A stretch of 64,000 bases of DNA from a virus (Duplodnaviria > Heunggongvirae > Uroviricota > Caudoviricetes): IMG/VR virus record IMGVR_UViG_3300048574_000421; one strand, written 5' to 3'. Every line of letters begins with the position of its first letter. Position 1 is the stretch's first letter. Below are positions 1-9,700 of the stretch, in pieces. A model generated the notes under the pieces. The model searched no databases and had not been told where the DNA came from. It was given only the letters and a program-made list of their open reading frames with translations. Made by a program: the position numbers and the translations under genes.

Positions 1-1173
1 GTCAATTTCAACTGCAGATAAAACATATGAGTCTACAAAATAAGGTTTTGTAACGCTTAATGTTTGGACCTCATTAGTTACTTGTAAAGTTACATTATAA
101 CATCCATGCGCAAATGTATGCTCAGGATTCTCATCAGAACTAAAAAACCCATCACCAAAGTCCCATGAAACAACATAATTAGTTTGCGATGTTATATTAG
201 ATGTAAAATTTACAGTTACTGGAGCTAAACCATATAGTTTGTCTGAACTAAAATCTATACTTAAAGTTGGAGCTGGTGTGATAGAAGCTCTCATTAAAGA
301 ATTAGTTGTACTTGATACAATATACAATGATGAATCAATAATCTCGAAATAAAACCCGCCTAATTCATATATTTGTTCAAATGTATTTACCCACTGAGAA
401 TTTTCTTCTTGAAACATAGAACATGCAGATATAAAACTTGGCCAACCACCCGGATCATAAAGTGATGAATATGCTTTATCTTCAAAAAACACCCAGTCAC
501 TAAGATACGGTAAATAATACAACTCTGCAGGAGATTCGCAAAATATATCCCAACTTGATGTGTCAAAATTCATAACAAACAAATTAGGACCCCCAGTAGC
601 ATAAAAATTTCCATTAAGATATTTTAACTTCTCTTGAGCTGGGCCCAAATAACCAGGTTGTGTTTCTGTATGTAAAATACCATCCCAAATGATCAAACTT
701 CCATTTGAAGCAAGCACATGCAAAACACTATCTACAGATGCTGCTGAAGTTAAATATCCTTCATTATAAGTTCCTACAGTTTCCCAAGATGTACCATTTA
801 AACGAACTAATAGACCTCCGTCACCACCAAGACAAGCAAACAAAGAACTATCATGAACAACAAATGAATACACAAAATAACCACTTACACCTGAACAAAC
901 TAAATCAAAATCATCTCTTGTTACATTTAAAACACGTAAGTTGTAATTATACTCTCCATTATCGTCTGATATATACAAATTATTATCGAAAACAACCATT
1001 TCTGGTTGACCATATTGCTCTTGTATTGGAATTTGCAATTCCCAACTATCTAAAGCAAGATTACTTTTGTACACTTGTGTTTTTGTACAAGCGTAAATTC
1101 TATTTTCAAAATAAATAACATCAAAAAAACCTTGATTGTTTGTTCCCTCAATAACAGTAACAAGAGAGCTCAT
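1..1173 (-). CDS. Beta-propeller-like plus PKD-domain virion protein (3' end runs off the window; missing from the ORF track)
   Basis: Translated by hand from ATG at 1173: open for 391 codons to position 1 (MSSLVTVIEGTNNQGFFDVIYFENRIYA...). C-terminal PKD signature GLAPVTVNFTS...WDFGDG...ENPEHTF...YNVTLQVTN. N-terminal part has propeller-like blades. Confidence 0.85.
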   Translation of the reverse strand, partial: MSSLVTVIEGTNNQGFFDVIYFENRIYACTKTQVYKSNLALDSWELQIPIQEQYGQPEMVVFDNNLYISDDNGEYNYNLRVLNVTRDDFDLVCSGVSGYFVYSFVVHDSSLFACLGGDGGLLVRLNGTSWETVGTYNEGYLTSAASVDSVLHVLASNGSLIIWDGILHTETQPGYLGPAQEKLKYLNGNFYATGGPNLFVMNFDTSSWDIFCESPAELYYLPYLSDWVFFEDKAYSSLYDPGGWPSFISACSMFQEENSQWVNTFEQIYELGGFYFEIIDSSLYIVSSTTNSLMRASITPAPTLSIDFSSDKLYGLAPVTVNFTSNITSQTNYVVSWDFGDGFFSSDENPEHTFAHGCYNVTLQVTNEVQTLSVTKPYFVDSYVLSAVEID

Positions 1174-1176
1174 ATT

Positions 1177-1383
1177 TTATCCTTCGACTATCTCAATCTT
1201 ATCAACAAATTCGATTGCAGGAATTAAGTTTGAAGAAACATGCATCTCATATTTATCATTTTTCTTAAACATATCAAGCATAACTGGAGAATCTTGTTCT
1301 ATCTGTCTTATATGAACTTTCTCCAATTCAAACACTTTTGTCTTACCATTTTTTAAAAAAACAACTAACTTTCTCATGAACAA
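1177..1383 (-). CDS. Small hypothetical protein (68 aa)
   Basis: ORF track; tightly packed between neighbours; upstream AGGAG-type RBS. Confidence 0.7.
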   Translation of the reverse strand: MFMRKLVVFLKNGKTKVFELEKVHIRQIEQDSPVMLDMFKKNDKYEMHVSSNLIPAIEFVDKIEIVEG

Positions 1384-1390
1384 ACTCCTA

Positions 1391-4300
1391 TTATACTGTT
1401 GTAATCACAACTTCACCAAGTGAAAGAAATTCTAAACTTGTCGCTTGAATATCTGAAGCTCCTGATTCACCTTTTACTACATAAGACACTGTATAACTGT
1501 GTTTTGATGCAATATCACTATCAATTGTAGAAATTACTATTTCACCATCAGATCCTATATAGCCTTGCCCTGCAGCATTGCATACATCGTTTTTATCTGT
1601 TGTTAAAACAAGAGGTCTATCGTTTTCAAAAATTGCATAAAACCCGTCATTTGCTCCATAACCTAAAGTCTTATGTAATAATGCTCCAACACCTGTAGTG
1701 TATGAATAAACAGTGTTATGTTGAAATACTTGAAATGTAGAATTTATTGCTTCTCTATTTACTTGTGTCCCGTCAGCTTTTACCATTTTTGCTAAAGGTA
1801 CTACAACAGATTTTACACTTGAAACATTTTCAATTGCTCTTATTACATCACTTTGTGCTATACCCTCGCCAAGTTTCAGTTTATTAAATTCATTAGATAA
1901 TGAAGTCCTTATATCAGATGTAGCTTGTAATGAACTTGCATTTTGTTTTAATACGACAGACATACTAATATCGACGTTTGTCTCTAAAACACCCTTAACT
2001 AAAACATCAGCTGTAACATGTCTTGTAACATCAACAGCATCTTGAGCTATTTTAATTAAAGGGTTTGTTTGATATGAAATTGTAAAAATTTCACCATAAT
2101 TATACACAACTTCTACAGTACTTCCATTGGGTATTGTAGAAGTTTTAGAACGAGCAAGTTGAACTTTTAATCCTTGACTTTCTGGCATCACTAAATAGTC
2201 ATTATTTCTCAGATAAATCGTCTCACCTTGTTTAACTATAATAGACTCTGTATCAATACCAAATCTATCTAGTTCTCTATATTCATTATTTATCATGACA
2301 AAATCTTCTGATCCACTTGATAAACTTCCTGTAGGTATACCATTAAAATATTTTATTATGATTGATCTAGTTGCTTTACTTGAATTACCTTCTAAAAGAA
2401 CATCATCGACTTTATCAAGTACATAATTAATATCAGGTTGTAATGTGCCACTTACAGAACCTACAATAGACTGTACTGAATCTACAGGTTGTGTTGAAAG
2501 TATTATAGGATTACTATCTCTATATCTATATGTGACACTTATAAGATCAGCAATATTCATACCTATACTTGTATTTATTTGATTACTTGCTTCTAAGTCA
2601 ATACCTACACCATCAAGATCTATCATAAAACTTTCAAGTAAGTTACCGTTTGCTAATGTTGCTGTTGTTTCGCCACCTACAGCTATCAAAACAACTTCGT
2701 TTGAAACATGTTCGACATAACTATAATTTGCAACAAGAGAATCTCCAGGCTCTAAACCAGAACCTAAAAGATGTAATGCTCCATTAAATACATTCAATGT
2801 ATAATTAATTCCCTCGACTAACACAATATCATTTTGTGTAATTATATAAGATTTTTTAACTACAGGAATGTAACCAAGAGCAAAATCAACTTCTCCACCC
2901 AGTGCGCTTGAAACAATAACTTCTTCTACAACAATTTTATAATCGTAAGTTGCTGTTATTTGATCATTTACAACTAAAGCAGTATCAAATACAATATCAC
3001 CTGTTTCTAGATCTACTGTGACTTGTGTTCCTTTTAAGTAATTAATACCATTTTTTTGTATCATCCAATTACCAAGTAAATCATAATCTTTACCTGCTGT
3101 ATTGTTTCTTATTTTTGTTACTTCGTAAATTGGTTTTGAAACATCTACATTTGTATTTGTTGTTTCAATAATCATATCTGTTGCATCAATTACAGTAAAT
3201 CTATCATTGATAACTTGATTAAATAAAAATCCAACTTGTTCTTCAGTTTGAGAATTTTCTCCTCCGCGAATATAGACATCTACTTTGCCAAAAACATGTT
3301 TTTTACGAACTTCATCATAATCTCTTTGCATCAAAGGATCACCAGCTGTAACAACTTTGACATCGCGAATTCCAGGAATTTGAGTACAAGTTTTTTTGTA
3401 ACCATATTCAGTTCCTACATCCAGACCAAGAAATGCAAGTTGCGCTCTATCAGCTAGATCTGAGTTAGACTCCTCATCTTCACCACCAAATGCTGATTCT
3501 GGGTTTGTTACAGCCACTCCAGCAATATTCGTATTGACTATTGTATTGGCATTAACATTACCAAAAGAACCAGGCTCGACGGCCTCTATCGGTATCGAGA
3601 GCTCATATCTTTGAGTCACTGGGTTGTAGTATTCTTCTATCCTATCGACTTCAATAACACCGCTAGACAAAGTCGAAAACTGAATTGCAACTTGTGTTTC
3701 AGTAGGTATTGTACTTACAACTTCACCTAAAGGTATTGAAATATCTGACGTAGGTGATTCAGCTGTATAAAAAACTATTTCTGTTGTTGATTTTAATGCT
3801 CCCTGTCGTACAAAACCATAATTAGATGCTAGAGCATCAAAAGAATCGTCTATCAATTCTTGAACATCAGTATCAGAAGTCATAAAATATGCTTGTTTTA
3901 GTTTTGTCTTATACTCAGAATCAGCAACAGGATCAGAAACACCATCGCCATCAGCATCATCTAAAGCTCTTAACGTTAAAAAAGACTGACTTCTCATTGC
4001 AAAATCTTCTCGTATATAAGCCCATGACATCTCTCTACTATTTGGATCAATATGTAATTGACGTACAACAGATCCCGGTTTTACATCAAGAAGAGGATCA
4101 CGTTCAAGAAGTTCTGTTATATAATCTAAACCAATATCGTTTTGTGTTCTTATTTGTGTTTCAAAAACTTCTGTTGGAATTGAAAGAGGTGTTGCTTCTA
4201 CTTCAATAGAAAGTACACTTTCTTCTCCTACATTATTGACAGCAGTCACTATGTAATATTGTTTTTTCTTTTCAGTAATATTTTCGTGTAAAAACTTAAA

Positions 4301-4579
4301 AACATAAACTTTAGTAACCTCTTCAACTATTGTTGTTGTTTTTGTTGTACCGCTTATTTCAGTAGACTCTTGTGTACTTATCACTTTATCTTGCACTTCA
4401 CTATAAGTTTCAATAAGCGAATTATTTATTTTTGCATAACCACTTAAACCACCGCCTGAAGTTGTAGAATTATAGACATTGTAACCTTTTATGTCTGTCT
4501 CAGGATTTTTTACCCAACTTATTTCTACTTTATTGTTATAAGCAACAGTAGTTATGCCAGTAGGAGGAGTAGGATACAT
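1391..4579 (-). CDS. Baseplate wedge protein, baseplate J/gp6-like, with N-terminal FN3 domain and inserted beta-sandwich modules
   Basis: N-terminal FN3 (PTPPTG...EISW..NPETDIKGYNVY). Baseplate J motifs DVKPGSVVR and GGEDEESNSDLADRA. Lies directly after the gp25-like gene. Confidence 0.85.
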   Translation of the reverse strand: MYPTPPTGITTVAYNNKVEISWVKNPETDIKGYNVYNSTTSGGGLSGYAKINNSLIETYSEVQDKVISTQESTEISGTTKTTTIVEEVTKVYVFKFLHENITEKKKQYYIVTAVNNVGEESVLSIEVEATPLSIPTEVFETQIRTQNDIGLDYITELLERDPLLDVKPGSVVRQLHIDPNSREMSWAYIREDFAMRSQSFLTLRALDDADGDGVSDPVADSEYKTKLKQAYFMTSDTDVQELIDDSFDALASNYGFVRQGALKSTTEIVFYTAESPTSDISIPLGEVVSTIPTETQVAIQFSTLSSGVIEVDRIEEYYNPVTQRYELSIPIEAVEPGSFGNVNANTIVNTNIAGVAVTNPESAFGGEDEESNSDLADRAQLAFLGLDVGTEYGYKKTCTQIPGIRDVKVVTAGDPLMQRDYDEVRKKHVFGKVDVYIRGGENSQTEEQVGFLFNQVINDRFTVIDATDMIIETTNTNVDVSKPIYEVTKIRNNTAGKDYDLLGNWMIQKNGINYLKGTQVTVDLETGDIVFDTALVVNDQITATYDYKIVVEEVIVSSALGGEVDFALGYIPVVKKSYIITQNDIVLVEGINYTLNVFNGALHLLGSGLEPGDSLVANYSYVEHVSNEVVLIAVGGETTATLANGNLLESFMIDLDGVGIDLEASNQINTSIGMNIADLISVTYRYRDSNPIILSTQPVDSVQSIVGSVSGTLQPDINYVLDKVDDVLLEGNSSKATRSIIIKYFNGIPTGSLSSGSEDFVMINNEYRELDRFGIDTESIIVKQGETIYLRNNDYLVMPESQGLKVQLARSKTSTIPNGSTVEVVYNYGEIFTISYQTNPLIKIAQDAVDVTRHVTADVLVKGVLETNVDISMSVVLKQNASSLQATSDIRTSLSNEFNKLKLGEGIAQSDVIRAIENVSSVKSVVVPLAKMVKADGTQVNREAINSTFQVFQHNTVYSYTTGVGALLHKTLGYGANDGFYAIFENDRPLVLTTDKNDVCNAAGQGYIGSDGEIVISTIDSDIASKHSYTVSYVVKGESGASDIQATSLEFLSLGEVVITTV

Positions 4580-4582
4580 CTT

Positions 4583-6073
4583 TTAACCCTTTATCTGAAT
4601 TTGTTCTGCTGTAGATATCAATCTTCCAGCCTGTGTTATAACACTTACTTCAGCAACAAAAAATGTCGGGTCTGAAATACTTTGTTGTACATTTATTTTT
4701 GATATAACGTCAAGAAACTCATTTCCTGTGACTTTTTGATATTGCTCTTGTTGTATTTGAGCAGACTTAAGTTTTGATAATGCTGTTGCTATTTGATCTG
4801 TTATTTTTGCTACAGTAATCTCTGGGAACATCTTTGTTCCTATAACTGTATCAAAATCTGTCCCATACCATGTTGCAACAGGATCAGACCCTAAAATTGT
4901 CCTAACAATTTTTTTCAAATCTTGCATTAACTTATTGTCATCAAAAACTTTTTCATATTTTCCAAGTTTATCTATCGAGTAATCAATTAGATCTGAATAT
5001 AACGAACATTTATCACAATATGTTGATGAAACAAAATAGTCAACAGAGATTCTGTCTGGTTCGATCTGTGACTGATAGTAATATGACACTTGAACTGTAT
5101 CAGTTTTTTTAGGAGTTTGATGTAGAGTAATCACACCATCTTCACTTGAAATTTTTGCAACAGGAACTCTAACATTATTAACATAAACAAGAGCAGCATT
5201 GTTTAATGTTTCATCAGGAGTTGTTGCAAAATTTTGAAACAATGGTAAAAGAGGATAATGTACTGTTTGGAAAGTTTTTGTAAAACCATCAAATTGGCTT
5301 GAAACATTTTCTAAAGTTACAAAAAAACGATTTGTGTTTTGTTCGTTATAAAACACAATATCTTGAGAGTTTTCTATCATTGCTCTCTTAGAATTTTGAA
5401 TAGACCAACCATTATTTTGTCTACTATAATATGCAATTTTTACTTCTTGTCCAAGTTTGGGTAACTCACGAACAATAACTCTACTTTGAATTGCATTAAT
5501 TGATTCGACTTTAGCTCTATAATAATATGTTATTGTCACAACATCAGTTTGTTCTGGCACAAAATTTAATGTTATTCTACCTGTTGTAGAATCAACAGTC
5601 ACTATTTGTTCATTAACAAGCTCGATACCATTCAGCCATATTTTGACGTCATCTTGCGTTAAAAAACTATTATAATCATACTCATCAGATCTCAATAAAG
5701 GACGACCTTGTGTGTAGAAAAAATTTTCTACACCAGTAAACTGCTCAGAAACATCTTCTTCTTCAACTTTCACTCTTACAACAACATCATCAGTTCGTGT
5801 AGCATGTTGGCCAAGTTTTAGACCATTAAAAATAGGACCATGAGCTACAAAAAATGTTTTTGTCAATCCATCAACTTGCAACGAAATATCTTCTCTTAAC
5901 AAAACTTCAGTCTGACTATCTTTCTGTCGTTTAAAATCATTTACTCTCACAACAACATTTGTATTTGTAATAGGAACGCCCAAAATAACAGTCTTTAGAT
6001 CATCTTCTAGAATATGATCGTCCCAAACTATTTTATTGTTACAGACGTTTGTGAGCTTTAAATCATACGACAT
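4583..6073 (-). CDS. Baseplate wedge/sheath initiator with C-terminal gp25-like domain and N-terminal beta-sandwich repeats
   Basis: C-terminal KLMQDLKKIVRTILGSDPVATWYGTDFDTVIG fits the gp25/GpW pattern. Three EDxSxQ repeats also found in the sheath. Upstream of baseplate J. Confidence 0.75.
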   Translation of the reverse strand: MSYDLKLTNVCNNKIVWDDHILEDDLKTVILGVPITNTNVVVRVNDFKRQKDSQTEVLLREDISLQVDGLTKTFFVAHGPIFNGLKLGQHATRTDDVVVRVKVEEEDVSEQFTGVENFFYTQGRPLLRSDEYDYNSFLTQDDVKIWLNGIELVNEQIVTVDSTTGRITLNFVPEQTDVVTITYYYRAKVESINAIQSRVIVRELPKLGQEVKIAYYSRQNNGWSIQNSKRAMIENSQDIVFYNEQNTNRFFVTLENVSSQFDGFTKTFQTVHYPLLPLFQNFATTPDETLNNAALVYVNNVRVPVAKISSEDGVITLHQTPKKTDTVQVSYYYQSQIEPDRISVDYFVSSTYCDKCSLYSDLIDYSIDKLGKYEKVFDDNKLMQDLKKIVRTILGSDPVATWYGTDFDTVIGTKMFPEITVAKITDQIATALSKLKSAQIQQEQYQKVTGNEFLDVISKINVQQSISDPTFFVAEVSVITQAGRLISTAEQIQIKG

Positions 6074-6578
6074 TTTTTACGATACCTTGAGAGTAGTTAT
6101 CTAGCTCTTCTTTTGTTTTAAATAAGAAATTCGAATTTTGTTCTATAAACAATGATTCAATTTCGTTTAACAATGCACTTGTCTGACTTTTAGCGATAGA
6201 TTTTCTATCAATACTTTCTTTTGCTTGCTCTATTGCATCAAGCAGTTTTTTCATTTTGTATTCGTTACGTTCAAGTTTATACTTAATAGTAGATATAAAA
6301 GGTTTTTTCACTTGCGCCATTAATTCAGCTGATTGACTATCATCTTGTTTTGAAATTCTAACTACATTTGGAAGTTGTGTTGCATACAAAGACTCTAATG
6401 CTGTACCTCCCAAAAAAGAATCAGCTTCACTAAAACTTGCTAATGTTTGTTGTAAACTATTCATCTCGACATACAAGTAATTTATCTCATCATCAAGATC
6501 AATTACTTGAGCTTCTAAAAAATTTCTAAGCTCTTGTAACTGTGGTGTACTCAAAGTTCCTAAAAAATCAAACGCCAT
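6063..6578 (-). CDS. Hypothetical coiled-coil protein (171 aa)
   Basis: ORF track; helical heptad pattern; has its own candidate promoter 15 nt upstream. Confidence 0.75.
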   Translation of the reverse strand: MAFDFLGTLSTPQLQELRNFLEAQVIDLDDEINYLYVEMNSLQQTLASFSEADSFLGGTALESLYATQLPNVVRISKQDDSQSAELMAQVKKPFISTIKYKLERNEYKMKKLLDAIEQAKESIDRKSIAKSQTSALLNEIESLFIEQNSNFLFKTKEELDNYSQGIVKNVV

Positions 6579-6593
6579 GTTTGTACCAATCAG

Positions 6594-6609
6594 ATAAAAA
6601 GTGTAGAAA
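6594..6609 (-). promoter_or_regulatory. Candidate late promoter TTTCTA-N4-TTTTAT (copy TTTCTAcactTTTTAT)
   Basis: Exact motif match, intergenic, 15 nt before the ATG at 6578. No Shine-Dalgarno in the spacer. Confidence 0.5.
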
Positions 6610-6631
6610 ATGAATAAGTTTGACCAATAAA

Positions 6632-6682
6632 ACGCTCTCCCTCGACTACTAAAGGTCTATGAGCATCTTGGAGCATGTAGTC
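6632..6682 (-). ncRNA. Structured RNA motif copy A (pseudoknot plus kink-turn), family unassigned
   Basis: GACUAC-AUGCUCCAAG-AUGCUC-AUA-GA-CCUU-UA-GUAGUC-GAGG-GA-GAGCGU. Helices covary with copy B at 30749-30801. Confidence 0.7.
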
Positions 6683-6706
6683 TTGTATGTTATCTAACTA
6701 TTGATA

Positions 6707-6722
6707 ATAAAAACATTAGAAA
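6707..6722 (-). promoter_or_regulatory. Candidate late promoter TTTCTAatgtTTTTAT(TA)
   Basis: Directly after the stop at 6723. An 18-nt stretch is 17/18 identical to the copy upstream of the sheath gene (34361-34378). Confidence 0.6.
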
Positions 6723-9700
6723 TCATCCAAAGAATAACTTTAGAGCATTTCCAAGTCCCGGTGTAGCATAAACAAACATAGCTCCAGCTGTATAAGCTGA
6801 AGGGTCACTTTCAGGACCATTTGTAGCATTTGCAATACTTGTCTTCAAATATTCATTTCCACCCTTACCGTACGGGATACGTAAAAAATAGAGGTCGGGT
6901 AAAGCAAAATCTTCTGTTAAAACTAGCAAAAACGATTTTATTGTTAAAAGTAAGTTCTTCAAAGATTCAATCTTTTTTTGCAACAAATCTATAAAATTTG
7001 TTGTCGCTGTGCTCATTTTTTCAGTTCCTGCAAGTAATGAATCAATCATCTGTTGCATTATTTTCATAATTTCTTCTATTTTCGGAAACATTCCTAAAGC
7101 TGATAATCTTATTGATGACCAGTCAGGCCATACTTTTTGCGTATAACGAGGGAATGTTTTTGAATATCCATCACAACGTTGTTGCATCATACCATTTTGA
7201 CAAGATATTGGATCCCAAAATTTTTTAAACTCTATGTTCTCTGGTTCAAAACCACCTTGGCCAAATCCATCTTGTCTTAAAAAAATGCTTCTTTGTGATT
7301 TTTCTGTATTTGTACATTCACTTCCATTGTTATAATAACAATTTGCATTATCATAACCAGTACACAAAGTCGAACCTGCATCACATTTTGTCAAATCAAA
7401 AAAGTATCTGCTATATTCAGACCTAACACATTTAAAAAATTGTTCTTTAGAAAAATCTGAAAAATAATCATAATCTACTGTCAAACTTGTGCCTGGTGGC
7501 ATATTTACTTTTACTCTACCATCTTTATCGTTAAGAACAGTGACACTTTGTACTTGTGTTCCATTTTTAAAAACTTTAACACTTGTTGAGTCTATGGGCT
7601 TCTTAGAAGTAATAAATGTTTGATTTTTATCTAATACAACAGGTTCATTAAGTTTTGAAACAACTTTTAAGTCTTTCTTAAACTTATATGTAACAATAAG
7701 GACATCATCTTTTTTGAAATAATAACGCGACTTTATGTAAATTTTATTTACTGTTCCTTCTTTTAATTTAGTGTCAGCACCTTTTTTAGTTTTACTTTGG
7801 TAATCAACACGATAACTAGAAGAACTAGCTGTAAATTCTTTTTTATTTCGCAGTACTTTTATTCTAACTGTTCCTGCAATAGGTGTGTTTGCTATAACTA
7901 AAAAATCTGGAACTTCAGCACCAATAGAGAATTTTTCAGGTACGTTATCTTGATCAAACCCGCACCTAAAGTTTCTACATCTTGCAAGACCACCTTTAAC
8001 TTCAAAAGATGCATTAACTGGCATTGCTGAAACTTCACCACTTAATGAACCTATTCCTAATATTTTTGTGTCACTCACTGATTTGGGATTTTCTTCGTGT
8101 TGTACTAATTTACCAATTTCAGAATCATATTCTGAAACAACTTTTTTCTGAAAATCTGTAGACAATAAAGAACCTGTACTTATTTTTGCGTTTGGAGTTG
8201 AATAACCTGAAGCAACTACATAATAATATGTTTTATTGTTTTCAACATTTTTATCTTCATAAACAAACCTTAATGGATCACCATTTAATGCGACTTTAGA
8301 AATTTCTTTGACAGCATAACCAAACTCTTTTAAAGCGGAATCAGCGTTTTTCTCGTTAACACCCATGATTTTTGCTATCTCTTTAATCACATTTGTGACA
8401 CCAATTAACTTATAACTTCTTAACTTGTTTCCATTCTCGTCATGATACTCGTATTTTTTCCCAAAATCTTCATAATATACTGGATCACCACCTTGTGTTT
8501 CACTCCTGAAAATAAAATATTCTTTAGGTAATGAAGAAGAGCTTGGCGTAAATGTAACTCTCACTGTTTTATTTCCTGCAAAACAAGAGACATTTGAGGG
8601 TGGTTCAAATGCAACTTTAAAAGGACTTCTAAACAATTTCATTAACTTTTGAATTGATCTGACAAATGTACCCACGTCATCTGGACCTACTGTTCCAGAG
8701 TCAAACATCATTACATAGCCACCTACCATAGCTGTATCAGAAAGTTGAGGTCTATTACCATCACCCGGATCATCAAACGATTGTGTAAGTTTTGAAATAA
8801 ATGAAGAATATCCGCCTTTTACACTATCAAACCAACTTGGATGATTCAAGTCAAAAATATTGTAATTTTCTTTAGGCATATCTCTAAAATATTGAGGATA
8901 AGTAAGTGGGTTAATCCCAAGTTGTCCAGGCATAATATAGATAGCATATAAACCACTTGCAGCTAAATCTTTTATAAAATCGTCAATGGTCTTTTTAATT
9001 TGTTCTAGCAAAATTTTCATTACATCAGAAAGATCAACTATAAACATCTTTATGACATCTAGAACTTTCGTTGTAAGTTCTAACGCTGAAACTAAAGGAT
9101 CAATAACTTCAGTTAAAGTAGTCGCAAGTGTATAAATTTCTTTAGGTATCCATTGAGCTGTATTTATTTTTTTCCATTCTAATACTGCTGGAATAACAGA
9201 TCCTTGCAAAGAAACTTTTAAAGCTGTTTCTGTTACATCGTTAGAATTTATCTCTAAAGTTCCACCAAGTGTTTCTAAATCTGTAGGTTTAAAAGAAACA
9301 GACAAGATTGTAGAACCATTAGTATCAACATGACCTGACGTTGGTGTTACGTCAAATGCAGTTAAAGCAAGATTCACGCTTGGTACTTGTATATTTAAAA
9401 TCTCATCTCTAGTACTTCTATAAATTTTTGTTGTAAAATCTAAAATCTGATCACCTGTATTACCTACAGTCAAAGTTAAAGTCTTTGAACCTCCAACTGG
9501 TACACCACTAAAAACTAAAGATGTTGGATTTACAGTAATTTTTGGTGAAGTTACAGCTTCTGCTTTCACTTCGATTTCTACGTTTTTATTTTCTGGGTCG
9601 TTAGTTGTTAATCCTATAGAACTTATAACTTCACCTGCTGTTTCTGACATAAAAGTAATATTAATTGTTGAAGAAGTACCTGTGTTTAATAAAAGACTCT

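Noticed and set aside
6632-6682. RNA motif as an HDV-like, twister, pistol, hatchet or hammerhead ribozyme
   Set aside because: Helix order loosely resembles HDV, but there is no P3/L3 of correct size and no conserved catalytic C. The conserved cores of the other ribozymes are absent. Self-cleavage remains untested.
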